A DNA stretch of 64,000 nt from the human T2T-CHM13v2.0 reference genome, Homo sapiens. The DNA lies in NCBI RefSeq assembly GCF_009914755.1, contig NC_060933.1; one strand, 5' to 3'. Position 1 is the stretch's first letter; each line of letters starts with the position of its first letter. The position numbers and the translations under genes are program-made. Under the pieces are notes generated by a model. The model worked only from the letters and a program-made list of their open reading frames with translations. It ran no database searches and was not told the origin of the DNA. Shown here piece by piece: positions 26,671 through 40,505 of this stretch.

Positions 26671-28687
26671 TATACTTTTATTTGCAAGTTCAAAAAATTG
26701 AAAATAACTCAGATATCCTTCAACTACATGGATAAACAAACTAGTATATCCATACAACATAATACCACTTAGCATTAAAAAGGAACAAACTATTGATACA
26801 ACCAAAAGCTTAGACAAATATTAAAGACATTAGGCTGTGTCTTTATAATCTCAAAAGATTACATATTGTATGCTTCCACTTATGTAAAATTCTTGCAGTG
26901 AAAAAATTCTAGTGATAGAACATCCCTCAATCAGGACAATGGTTGTCAGAGTCAGTCTTGGGGAGGGTGTGGCTACTAAAAGTTAGCATGAGGGAGTTTT
27001 TTGAGGGTGTTGGAACATTTCTATATCCTGATTGTAGTAGTGGCTGTACAAATGTATACATGTGTTAAAATGTTATAGAGCCATACACCAAAAAAAGTGC
27101 ATAGAAAAAACTGGTGAAATATGTATGAATAAAGTCAGTAGTTTAGGAGTGTTTTGCCAATATCAATTTTCTAATTGTTAAATGTACTATCATTATGTAC
27201 TATCATTAGGTATCAAATGTTATTATCAAGAGAACCTAGGTAAATGGTACCTTGGAACTTTCTATGCCATTTTTGCAATTCCTAAAATGAAAGAACAAAA
27301 CTAACTTGAATATCCTATTCATTATCGTTCAAGTCTTACTGATATTTTTTCTTATTTATCTGCTCCTATGAGACCAAGAGCTACTGTGTCCTTATAATCT
27401 CAACAGTTCTTTTCTCCCTTTGCTGTTGTAGACATTTTCAACAACATAAAATCACTAGGTAATTAAGCTAAAGGTGAAAACACTGCCCCCTACCAGTAGT
27501 GGATTATTTCCTTTGATAAATGTTCATTGAGTGTTCATTATGTGCCTAATTTTACAGTATGTGTAATGGTGAGAATGGGAAGATGGTTACTCAGATAAAG
27601 AAAACCAAGAAAGTGGGATAAGAACATAAATTATTGCAATTCAAAGCAGGAGGCCATTCTTGGCAAAGGAAAAGAATATATTGCAAATTGGAAACAAAGA
27701 AACAACTAAACTTTTAATTCATGTATTGGGGCTCTATCTATAATTTCAGCAGGAGGAAAATGTCAACAATAAGAAATAGAAAAAAAAAGCCAAAAAACAC
27801 TATAATAGATGATGTCAGTGAACTGCAACCAAACTTTAAACATCCGTCATTCTGTGCCTTCTTCTGGATAGAATTAAGTCATGGAACAGATTTCTATGAA
27901 TGCTTACCTTTTTGTTTTTCCTGGAAGAATGCATGAAGTTTACATGGGGGAGTGAGCATGATGGATAGACAAGAAAGGGGAAAAGCCAGAAGCCTGCATT
28001 CATAAGAGAGTATGCAGTCCTGTTACAAACTTTCTGTGTTGTCAAGGAAGGAAAGGATCCATACAATTCCCTGCCAGAAGCTGTGCAAAATGCCCTACAC
28101 ATCTAATTTCACTTAATCTCCAAACACCCCTAGGAGGTGGGACTTGTATCAGCAACAACAGAATTCACCTCTGCCTCTCTTAAATAACAGGTTGTTGTTG
28201 GGCAGAGGAAAAAGAGGCATCTGTAGGCCTCCCCGCTATGAGTGCTGACACTGAGACACCTCCGCTCCAGCTGAGAATCCCCTCTCCCTCATTCCATCGT
28301 TATCTGACCCATTCACTTGACCTAGAAAGTCCAACGCAGGGGCATCCAATGAGCCATTTCAGAGTTACACCATTCATTCCAGGACACATGAAAAGATGCA
28401 AATCTCATATTGACTTTTCTGCTTTCCTTCCAGACACACAATGAAGCCTCCCAAATGGGGAACAAGTCCATATGCATGGCAAACCAAAATGACAATTGCC
28501 TACTGTAGGTACTATCATCCCAATTTTACAGATGCAGGCTTCAAGGTGGAGAGAAGTGAAAAGAAAAATGTCCCAAGGTTGCATAGTTAGTTTTAATGAT
28601 TTTAGATTTTAGACTATGTAACTGGGTCTGAACACAAAGCCCAAGGTCTTTCCACTATGATTTTCACACCAGTTTTTTTCTCTCTGA

Positions 28688-29918
28688 TGTGGTGCTTCTT
28701 ATTTTATTTTTACCATTTCCATACACGCTAGCCTGATTTTCCAACTCCCAGGACTTCCCTTCTCTCAATTCTTTGTGTGTGGGCTTCCTCAGGCCAAAAA
28801 GCCCACTTGACTTGTGTCTGAGACAGACCGGAAGTAAAGTGGGAGAATCAACATTTTGGGTGCATCCCTCAACCAATGACTGACAGATGTTGGTGTGTAA
28901 ATAACCCAGCTTCCTTGCTCCTCCCATAGGTGATTTTTTTTTAATGTGGTAAAATACACATAATATAAAATTTACGCTCTTAACCATTTTTAAGTGTACA
29001 GTTCAGTAGTGTTTAGTATATTCATTGTTGCACAACCACACTCCAAAACTGAAAAAAATGAAAATTTTGCAAAACTGAAACTAAACTCTATGTACATTAA
29101 TCACTAACTGCCCATTTCCCACTCCTGCCAGCCCTTGGCAATTACCATTCTAATTTCTGTCTGTAATTTTGACTACTCTAGGTACCTCCTGTAAGTGAAA
29201 CCATGCAGTGTTTGTCTTCCTGTAACTGGCTTATTTCACTCAGCCTAATGTCCTCAAGGTTCATCCATATGGTAGCATGTGTCAGAATTTCCTGTTTTTA
29301 AAGCTGAATAATATTCCATCTTATGTATATACCATTTTGTTTATACAATCATCTGCTACTGAACATGTGAGTTGCTTCCACCTTTTGACTATGGTAAATA
29401 ATGCCACCCTGAACATTAAGTGTACAATTATTTTTTGAGTTCCTTCTTTCAATTATTTTGGGGTATATGCCTAGAAGCAGAATTACTGGATCATATGGTG
29501 ATTCTGTTTTTCATTGTCTGAGCAACCGCCATACTGCTTTATATGGAGGCTGCACCACATTTACGTTACCACTAACAGTGCACGAGGGTTCTGATTTTGC
29601 CACCTTCTTGCCAACATTTGTCATTTTCTGTTTTTTACTCTTATTTTTAAGTAGTCCTCCCAATGTGGGTATGGTGGGTCCTGTAGGATCACTTTAAGTG
29701 CATATTTAACACTGGCTCCCAGACTTCCACAGTAGGATGAGAGCTCTAGATGCCTATAGTGGTGATTTACTTAATAACTTGTTTTATTGGTTTCCTTTCT
29801 TTCCTTGTCGTACTTCCCCACTTCATCACTGCTGTTTTCTTGCATTACCTCCCAAAAAAACTACCTACACTAGAACTCTTACCTCAAGATCTGCTTCTGG
29901 GAATCTTGAACTAAGACA
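28688..29918 (+). mobile_element. LTR16-like (ERVL) solo LTR split by L1MB
   Basis: aaccaatgactgacag...ttggtg...taaataacccagc, then ttttattggtttcctt...acctcccaaa...ctgcttctggg...aactaagaca. Confidence 0.8.
28934..29672 (-). mobile_element. L1MB-like 3' end
   Basis: T-tail, tcttaaccatttttaagtgtacagttcagt, ctggcttatttcact, ggatcatatggtgattct. Confidence 0.9.
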
Positions 29919-32900
29919 CATATTTTAGATTATTCTGTATCCCTTATAGCAATTGTTAACATGTACCTTGATCAGTTATGTTAGACTGAGTTGCTTTTCA
30001 GCCTCAGTTTGCTGAAAGGTTATCTCCTTCCACATGCAGTGTAGAGTCAATAATTTACTAATTAACTCCATGAGCATAACCCACATTCCTAAATAAATAC
30101 AGGATTCATGCAGCCTATCGCATGGATAAGAAATCCCTCAATCTTCACTGTACTCAAGATTCTTAAAACTGTACAACATCAGAAGTAAATGGGAGCTAAT
30201 GGATCTCTAGAGCAGTTGTTTGAAAATGATGTGCCATGGGCCCCTAATGTTTCAGAGACTCTGCACATGTTTAAATTGTGCAGTATAAGAAATAAATTAG
30301 TTGTACATAAAATATCAAGACATTTCAAGTGGGCTAACTTGGATTGCCAAGTTCATGGCTTTTGGTGCAAAACTCTTTTCACCATTTCTCCAGTTATCTC
30401 TGTTAATTTGAAAGTATCCAAAGTCTCTCAGGCAAGTTTTTTTTTTTATTTTGTTATATCCAGTCACAAATCTATGTCACTCAGGACTTTATCAATACCG
30501 TGTCATGATACTGTGACTTCAGATCTCTTATTTTATATTAATCAAGATAATAAAAATATTAAATAATTTCCCCAAAAATATATATCACTGCTTTTATCCT
30601 TATATGTACACAGGAGGTTCCTGTATAGTTTGATCAAACATAAACAAAGAGAAAATTTTTCATAGCCATAAAATCTTGTAAACCATAGATTTATGTAAAG
30701 CCTTCATCCAATTCATAATGTCTTTCAACAGTATCTTGACATGAGTGCTTAAACATACCCAGTTAAAGAAAGCTTCTACCTTCTGGGGAAGTCTCCTTTA
30801 TTTTAGGATATTTCTAATTCCTATGAATATTTCTGTTTTTACCCCTATTTTGCTAAAATATGCCTCCCTGCAACTTCCAGTCGTCAATCCAGAGATTTTT
30901 TTCTCCTGACTCTTTCGAGGCAGCCTTGGGACTTTGTTGTGGTTTCCCAGTGTTCTCCCTCAATCAGGCAAGAACTGCTGCAAGTGTTTGAATCTCTGCC
31001 TTTTGGCACACAACAAGAAGAAAATCCCCCTTCTCCAGTGGCCAGCAACAAGGCTCCCGTCTCCAGTTTATCTATAGCCTATAGCAAAGTGATGGCAAAG
31101 ATATGGATTTCACCAAGCTTAATCAAGCCTTAAGTGAATCAACAAGAGTAGGGGTAGGAGGGAAGCTAGAAGTGTAGAGAAGGGATAGGCAACTTTCCAA
31201 CCCCAAAACATATGGCAATCATTTCGAAAGTTCAAGACGGTATTTATTTCATGCAGCAACACTGTCCCAAGAAGAATGCAGGCCAAATTTCTAATACATT
31301 AACCCTATATCCAATTTTTCAGATCATCCCCTTTTCCTCTAATTTTTCTTCCCCAACCCCACTTCACTCGATGCTAGTTCCCCCTCTTTATTTTTTTAAA
31401 GACTCCCTGTTTTTCTCGAAAACTAAGGCAGTATAACTGGAATGTTTTAATCTACTATAGCCCCTCTGAATCAATTAATTTCTGCATATTCTGACAACTG
31501 AGGGGTTGGGGCAAGGGCTGAGGGAGAACAATGGTTGGGTGGTGAGAGGTTAGGATGTAGCAGGGGGTGAGGAGAATGGGAGGTGGAACTCCCTGGAGGA
31601 CTTTAGACAGGGGAAGATAAATTACCCTTGTGTTTGCTGTTGAGAGAAAATGACTGGGGGAGAGTCTGGTATATGAGATGAGCACACATGAGCATTGGGG
31701 GAGGGAGTACTGCCTGTCATTCAGAAGGTTAAAAAATAGAAAAAGAAAGGGCTATTGTACATGAGATTAAGTTCTTGATTTGATTCTCAGCTTGGTTGTT
31801 GTTGGTGTATAGCAGGGCTACTGATTTGTGTACACCGGTTTTGTAACCCGAGACTTTACTGAATTAATTTATCAATTCTTTGGGTATTTTGGAAGAGACT
31901 TTAGGGTTTTCTAGGCACAATATGATATCGACAGCAAACAGGGATAGTTTGACTTCCTCTTTTTTTCCAGGTTGGATGCCCTTTATTTCTTTCTTCTGCC
32001 TGATTGCTCTGGCTAGGACTTCCAGTACTATGTTGAATAGAAGTGGTGAAAGTGGGCATCCTTGTCTTTTTCCACTTCTTATGGAGAATGCTTTCAACTT
32101 TTCCCTGTGCAGTATGATATTGGCTATGGGTTTGTGATATTTGTTTTATATTATTTTGAGATACGTTTCTTCTATGCCTAGTTTGTTCAGATTTTTATTA
32201 TGAAGGATGCTAGATTTTATTGAATTTTTTTCTGCATCTGTTGAGATTATCATATGGGTTTTTTTTAATCGCTTGTGTGGTAAGTCACATTTATTAACTT
32301 GAGTATGTTGAACCATCCCTGCATCCCTGGGATGAAATCCACTCAATCATGGTGTATTTTCTTTTTAATGTGCTATTGGATTTGGTTTGCTAGTATTTTG
32401 TTGAGGATTTGTGTGTGTGTGTTTATCAAGAAGATTGGTGTTTCATTTTCTTTTTTTGTTATGTCCTTTCCGGCTTTGGTACCAGGGTGAAACTGGCTTC
32501 ATAGAATGAGTTAGGGAGGATTCTCTCCTTCTCCCTCTTTTGGAATAGTTTTAGTAGGATTGGTACTTATTTTTCTTTGAATGTCTGGTAGAATTCAGCT
32601 ATCAATCCATCTGTTCCTGGGCTTTTATTTGTTGGAGGATTTTTTATTACTATTGATTCAATCTCACTGCTTGTTAATGGACTGTTCAGGATTTCTTTTT
32701 TGTCAGCTTTGGAATTTATTTTATCATTATTATTATATTATACTATAAGTTCTGGGATACATGTGCAGAATGTGCAGGTTGGTTACATAGCTATACACGT
32801 GCCATGGTGGTTTGCTGCACCCATCAACCCGTCATCTACATTAGGTATTTCTCCTAATGCTGTCCCTCCCCTAGCCCCCCCACCCCCAGACAGGCCCTGG

Positions 32901-33114
32901 TGTGTGATGTTCCCCTCCCTGTGTCCATGTGTTCTCATTGTTCAACTCCCACTTATGAGTGAGAACATGCGGTGTTTGGTTTTCTGCTCCTGTGTAAGTT
33001 TGCTGAAAATGATTTCCAGCTTCATTCGTGTCCCTGCAAGGGACATGAACTCATCCTTTTTCATTGCTGCATAGTATTCCATGGTGTATATGTGCCACAT
33101 TTTCCTTATCCAGT

Positions 33115-33660
33115 TTATCGTTGATGGCATTTGGGTTGTTTCCAAGTCTTTGCTATTGTGAACAGTGCTGCAATAAGCATACACGTGTATGCGTCTTTAT
33201 AGTAGAATGATTTATAATCCTTGGGGTATATACCCAGTAATGGGATTGCTGGGTCAGATGGTATTTCTGGTTCTAGATCCCTGAGGAACCACCACACTGT
33301 CTTCCACAATGGTTGAACTAATTTGCACTCCCACCAACATTGTAAAAGCCTTCCTATTTCTCCACATCCTCTCCAGCATCTGTTCTTTGATGACTTTTTA
33401 ATGATCGCCATTCTAAATGGTGTAAGATGGTATCTCATTGTGGTTTTGATTTGCATTTCTCTAATGACCTGTGATGATGAGCTTTTTTTCATATGTTTGT
33501 TGGCCACATAAATGTCTTCTTCTGAGAAGTGTCTGTTCATATCCTTTGCCCACTTTTTGATGAGATAGATTGTTTTTTTCTTGTAAATTTGTTTAAGTTC
33601 CTTGTAGATTCTGGTTATTAGCCCTTTGTCAGATGGTAGATTGCAAAAATTTTCCCCCAT
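33115..33660 (-). pseudogene. L1 ORF2 C-terminal Cys-rich domain fragment
   Basis: [29 protein letters not shown] motif; frameshifted relative to neighbouring fragments. Confidence 0.9.
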
Positions 33661-34049
33661 TCTGTAGGTTGCCTATTCACTCTGATGATAGTTTCTTTTG
33701 CTGTGCAGAAGCTCTTTAGTTTAATTAGATCCGATTTGTCAATTTTGGCTTTTGTTGCCATTGTTTTTGGTGTTTTAGTCATGAAGGCTTTGCCCATGCC
33801 TAAGTCCTGAATGATATTGCCTAGGTTTTCTTCTAGAGTTTTTATGGTTTTAGGTTTTATTTTTAAGTCTTTAATCCATCTTGAGTTAATTTTTGTATAA
33901 ATTGTAAGGAAGGCGTCAGTTTCAGTTTTCTGCATGTGGCTAGCCAGTTTTCCCAACACCATTTATTAAATGGGGAATCCTTTCCCCATTGCTTGTTTTT
34001 GTCACATTTGTCAAAGATCGGATTGTTGTAGATGTGTGGCGTTATTTCT

Positions 34050-34433
34050 TTTCTTCTTTTTTTTTTTTTTTACTTTAAGTTCTGGGGTACATGTGCCATG
34101 TGCAGAATGTGCAGTTTTGTTACATAGGTATACACGTGCCATGGTGGTTTGCTGCACCCATCAGCCTGTCACCTGAACTAGGTATTTCTCCTAATGCTAT
34201 CCCTCCCCTAGCCCCCCTTTCCCAGACAGGCCCTGGTGTGTGATGTTCCCCTCCGTGTGTCCATGTGTTCTCATTGTTCAACTCCCACTTATGAATGAGA
34301 ACATGCGGTGTTTGGTTTTCTGTTCTTGTAATAGTTTGCTGAGAATGATGATTTCCAGCTTCATCCATGACACTGTGAAGGACATGAACTCATCCTTTTT
34401 TATGGCTGCATAGTATTCCATGGTGTATATGCG
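34050..34433 (-). mobile_element. Short L1PA 3' end nested in L1PA
   Basis: Second 3' UTR with T-tail; TSD gtgtggc(g/a)ttatttct at 34034-34049 and 34434-34449. Confidence 0.93.
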
Positions 34434-34542
34434 GTGTGGCATTATTTCTGAGGCCTCTATTCTGTTCCATTGGTCTATATATCTGTTTTGGTACCAGTAT
34501 CATGCTATTTTGGTTACTGTAGCCTTCTAGTATAATTTGAAG

Positions 34543-35379
34543 TTAGGTAGCATGATGCCTCCAGCTTTGTTCTTTTTGATTAGGATTGTCTTGGCTATAT
34601 GTGGTCTTTTTTGGTTCCATATGAAATTTAAAGTAGTTTTTTTCTAATTCTGTGAAGAAAATCAATGGTAGCTTGATGGGGATAGCATTGAATCTATAAA
34701 TTACTTTGGGAAGTATGGCCATTTTCATGATATTGATTCTTCCTATCCGTGAGCATGGAATGTTTTTCCATTTGTTTGTGTCCTCTCTTATTTCCTTGAG
34801 CAGTGGTTTGTAGTTCTCCATGAAGAGGTTCTTCACATCCCTTGTAAGTTGTATTCCTAGGGATTTTATTCTCTTTGTAGCAATTGTGAGTGGAAGTTTA
34901 CTCATGATTTGGCTCTTTGTTTGTCTATTATTGATGTATAGGAATGCTTGTGACTTACACACATTGAGTTTGTATCCTGAGACTTTGCTGAAGTTGCTTA
35001 TCAGCTTAAGAAGATTTGGGGCTGAGACAATGGGATTTTCTAAATATACAATCATGTCATCTGCAAACAGAGACAATTTGACTTCCTCTCTTCCTGTTTG
35101 AATACTCTTTATTTCTTTCTTTTGTCTGATTGCCCTGGCCAGAACTTCCAATATTATGTTGAATAGGAGTGTTGAGAGAGGGCATCCTTGTCCTGTGCCG
35201 GTTTTCAAAGGGAATGCTTCCAGCTTTTGCCCATGCGGTATGATATTGGCTGTGGGTTTGTCATAAATAGTTCTTATTATTTTGAGATATGTTCCATCAA
35301 TACCTAGTTTATTGAGAGCTTTTAGCATGAGGTGTTGAATTCTATCGAAGGCCTTTTCTGCATCTATTGAGATAATCAT
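34543..35379 (-). pseudogene. L1 ORF2 reverse transcriptase fragment
   Basis: [16 protein letters not shown] and [11 protein letters not shown] motifs; reading frame broken at both ends. Confidence 0.93.
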
Positions 35380-35794
35380 TTTTTTGACATTGGTTCTGTT
35401 TATGTGTTGGATTACATTTATTGATTTGGGTATGTTGAACCAGCCTTGCAGCCCAGGAATGAAGCTGACTTGATCATGGTGGATAAGCTTTTGGATGTGC
35501 TGCTGGATTCAGTTTGCCAGTATTTTATTGAGGATTTTTGCATCAATGTTCTTCAGGGATATTGGCCTGAAATTTTCTTTTTTTATTGCGTCTCTGCCAG
35601 GTTTTGGTATCAGGAAGATGCTGGCCTCAAAAAAGTAGTTCAGATGTGGATATTGGGGAAAAGACTAAAAACAGGACAGAAAGATTTGATGTCCTGGATG
35701 GCTAAGGGCAATCCTAGTCTCTGACAAAACAGACTTTAAACCAAAAAAGATCAAAAAAGACAAAGAAGGGCATTACATAATTATAAAGAGATCA

Positions 35795-36268
35795 ATGCAA
35801 CAAGAAGAGCTAACTATCCTAAATATATATGCACCCAGTGAAAGAGCACCCAGATTCATAAAGAAAGTTCGTAGAGACCTGCAAAGAGACTTAGACTCCC
35901 ACACAATAACAGTGGGAGACTTTAACACCCCACTGTCAATATTAGACAGATCAACAAGACATAAAATTAATAAGGATATTCAGGACTTGAACTCAGCTCT
36001 GGACCAAGCAGACCCAATATACATCTACAGAACTCTCCACCCCAAATCAACAGAATATACATTCTTCTCAGCACCACATCACACTTATTCTAAAATTGAC
36101 CACATAATTGGAAGTAAAACACCTCTCAGCAAATGCAAAAGAACCGAAATTGTAACAAACATTCTCTCAGACCACAGTGTAACCAAATTAAAACTCAGGA
36201 TTAAGAAACTCACTCAAAACTGCACAACTACATGGAAACTGAACAACCTGCTCATGAATGACTACTGA
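35795..36268 (+). pseudogene. L1 ORF2 APE-like endonuclease fragment (inverted segment)
   Basis: ILNIYAP, VGDFNTPLS, SKIDHI and SDH motifs; premature stop at 36268. Confidence 0.93.
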
Positions 36269-36542
36269 GTAAATAACAAAGTTAAGGCACAAATAAATAA
36301 GTTCTTTGAAGTCAATGAAAACAAAGACACAATGTACCAGAATCTCTGGGACACAGCTAAAGCAGTGTTTAGAGGGAAATTTATAGTACTAAATGCCCAC
36401 AGGAGAAAGCGGGAAAGATCTAAAATCGACACTTTAACATCACATGTAAAAGAACTAGAGAAGCGAGAGCAAACAAACGCAAAAACTAGCAGAAGACAAG
36501 ACAAATAAGATCAGAGGAGAAATGAAGGAGATAGAGACATGA

Positions 36543-37198
<656 letters not shown>

Positions 37199-37789
37199 TC
37201 CTTTAGTTTTTCTAGTTTGTGTGCATAGAAGTTTTCATACTAGTCTCAAATAATATTTTGTATTTCTATGGTATCAGTTGTAATGTCTCCATTTTCATTC
37301 CCGATTAAGCTTATTTCAATCTTTTCTCTTCTTTTCTTGGTTAATCTAGCTAGTGGTCTATCAATTTTATTTATCTTTTCAAAGAATCGACTTTTAATTT
37401 CATTGTTCCTTGTTATTGTTTTCTGGGTTTCCATTTCGTTTAGTTCTGCTCTGATGTTTGTTGTTTCTCTTCCTCTGCTAGCTTTGGGTTTGGTTTGTTC
37501 TTGTTTCTCTAGTTCCTTGAGATGTAACATTAGGTTGTCAGTTTGTGACATTTCTATCTTTTTATTTCAGTCCCTGAGCTTCCCTAGGACTTTTTGTCTT
37601 TTCGATGTGGTGTTTAGTGCTAAACTTTCCACTTAGTGCTGCTTTAGCTGTATCGCAGAGGTTTTGATAACTTGTGCCACTGATATCATTCATTTTGAAA
37701 TTTTTTTGAATTTCCATCTTGACTTCATTATTGACTCAAAAATCATTCAGGAGTATTATTTAATTTTCATGCATTTGTATAGTTTTGAG

Positions 37790-38090
37790 GAAAGCCATTA
37801 CCTAAGTGAGGTAACTCAGGAATTGAAAGCCAAATACCATGTGTTATCACTTATAAATGGAAGCTAAGCTAAGGGTACTCAAAGATGTACAGAGTGGTAT
37901 GATACACACTGGAAACTCAGAAGGGAGGAGTATGGGAGGGGGGTTAGAGATGAAAAATTACCTGTTGGGTACAATGTACATTTTTCAGGTGACAAGTACA
38001 CTAAAATCCAAGACTTCATCATTATATAATTGATCCATGTAACCAAAAGTTATTACTAGCACTAAAGCTATTGGAATAATTTTTATTTAA
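37790..38090 (+). mobile_element. L1PB1/2-like 3' end (probable non-inverted part of outer L1)
   Basis: aagtgaggtaactcagga...cacttataaatggaagctaagc...gggtacaatgtaca...catgtaaccaaaa; abuts the minus-strand L1 at about 37790. Confidence 0.85.
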
Positions 38091-38729
38091 CAAAAGACAG
38101 TCTTATTCCAAGAAGATAGAGGACTAGGGTATTAGATGTCTCCCCCACTACCCTGCTCCCATTCTGCCTTGGGTTGCCTGAAGCCATAATTATGTTTTGT
38201 TTCCTGTCCATTTACTTCCGCAGAAGTAGCTCCATCTGAGGTGAGCAGCAATATTTCTCAAGAGCAATTATTTAAGGATTCTATTAGAAAAGACTGAATG
38301 ATGAGGCTTTTCTTTATCATTTCCTTCCTTCCTTCCTTCTTTCCTTCCTTCCTTCCTCTCTCCTTTCCTTATTACATTCTCTCTCTTGATCACTCAGTCA
38401 TTCAGTTTCAAAATGTACTAAACAGCTATTCTAAGAGAGACTTCATATTAATCATGATAAGAAAAACCAGACTTCTAATATATAATAAAATTCATTTTGA
38501 AAGCATTGCCTCATCAAGCCCTCTGCTAGATGCTGGAGATGCTGGGTCTACGATGACGAACTCATCACTGATTGTGATCTCAAGAAATCCATTGCTCTAT
38601 AAGGGGAGACAGACATGTTACTCATTTCTTCAATCATTGAATCCCTAGGTGGGATGCTGGGACTATTGGCTCTTTTCCATCTTTAACATGCAGGACCATG
38701 CCTGGACTCCAGTTGATATGCAATAAATG

Positions 38730-38960
38730 ATGAAACAACTACATTTATTAGAACACCTGTGATGTGTCAGGTATTTTACATATTTTATTGTTAATCCATT
38801 TCCCAACCTTGTGACAAAGATGTGGTCAATCCCATTTCATAGAGGAGGAAAAGAGATACAGAAAGGTTAGGCAATTTGTCAATCTTAAACATCATTAAGA
38901 GATAAAATTTTAAAATGGTAATTCAGGTCTACCTGATGCCAGTGCACATTATTTTCCTAC
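38730..38960 (-). mobile_element. MIR
   Basis: cccatttcatagaggaggaaa...gaaaggttaggcaatttgtc. Confidence 0.7.
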
Positions 38961-39723
38961 TTTTCTGTGCCTTTTTTTCAAAAATATGTAAATAAAAAAC
39001 TATTAGGTATTTTTTTATTTAAAGTTGATGAGACCTTTCTAATTTAAGAGAGAAATAATATTCCTAATGGGCAGAACTTTGGGTTGTAATCTATTTTTCA
39101 TGGCAGGAAACTTAACAAATAAATACGTAAATATAACTGGCATGTCCTCTATGTCATTCATACTAGCCTGAAGTGTCTATAGCATGAATACCCAAATTTT
39201 GTTATTTCAAAGGCTCCCACCTGCAAGATTATAGGATCTTAGCACCATCTAGCTAAAATCTCTTTCCAATGATTGTTGCTATCCCCATATACTCAGTAGT
39301 AACTTATCTCTTATTCTTCTATTTTCGTCCCTTTGTTGACATCTTCTGTAGAAAGTCACTTGGGGTGGTTTTCACCATTAACATGGTGCTCAAGATCCTG
39401 AATGATAATTCTGTGCTCCTCCTGAGGAAGATTCATGCCAAGGTACCCCAAAATATACTTCCAAAGATTTGTTTATCATTACGACTATATGCCCAAAGCA
39501 ATTTGTCAAAAAGAATTTGTTCATGGAATAACTCACTCATCACATGCTCCCAACACCACCTCAACAGTGAGTCGAGAGCTCCTGGAGTTGCCAACCCCTG
39601 CTGTATTTTCTACAGTACACATTGCATCAGACCCAAGTTACATTCCAGGCCTAAGGAGGAGAATGCTCCACTCCTCAACTCTGCATGATCTTTATGACAT
39701 GGCCTGAAGAAAATGTGCTTATA

Positions 39724-40505
39724 TGTAGTAGATTGATTGCAAAACTTCTCACTCCTCTCTGAATCCATATCCATTGATAGTAAACTCCCTGAATCTGAGT
39801 TTGGCCCATGTGATTTGTCCAATGAGGTAATAACAAACTTGATGTGAGCAGAGGCTTGAAAAAGGACTTTCAAAAACACGCCTAGACAGGACTGCTAGAG
39901 GATGAGATGCGAAACAGATGTAGTTTTCCCAGCCAAGGCAATTTTAGATTTGCCAATACTCAGCTGATCACCTGAGTCCCAGAAAGACCGGAATAACTGC
40001 CCAACCAAAACCAGCCTGATTTAGCAGAACTGCCCATTCAAGTCATAGACTTGTGAAAAATAACTTGCAGTTTTTCAAACCACTATATTTTTAAAAAAAT
40101 ATATTTTTAATTTTTCTGGGTACATAGTAGGCATATATATTTATGGGGTACATGAGATGTTTTGATACAGGCATTCAATGTGTAATAATCACATCATAGT
40201 AAGGGTATACATCCCCTCAAGGATTTATCCTTTGTGTTACAAACAATCCAATTATACTCTTTTAGTTATTTAAAAATATACAACTAAATTATGATTGACA
40301 ATAGTCAGCCATTGTGCTATTGAATGCTAGGTCTTATTCATTTATTTTAACCATTTTTTTGTATCCATTAACCATTCCCACCACCCGCAACCCCCCTAAT
40401 ACCCTTCCCAGCCTCTGTAAACCATCCTTCTACTATCTATCTCCATTAAAAACACCACTGATTTTTTAGTGTAATTTATTAAACAGCTGTAATTAACTGA
40501 TATAT
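39724..40505 (+). mobile_element. MLT1 (F/G/H-like) LTR split by L1MA
   Basis: gaatctgagtttggcccatgtgattt...gagcagaggcttgaaaa...cagaactgccc; ends taactgatata. Confidence 0.7.
40093..40447 (-). mobile_element. L1MA2/3-like 3' end
   Basis: gggtacatagtagg...ggggtacatgagatgttttgatacaggcat...ttacaaacaatccaattatactc; flanks accactatattttt / accactgatttttt. Confidence 0.9.

Noticed and set aside
30210-30590. Possible hAT transposon remnant (cagttgttt... / ...atcactg termini)
   Set aside because: Terminal repeats are too weak and I recognise no transposase motif; needs a Dfam search.
39269-39688. 139-aa ORF in non-repeat DNA (likewise 17373-17732 and 30189-30566)
   Set aside because: No recognisable domain or exon structure; lengths are compatible with chance.
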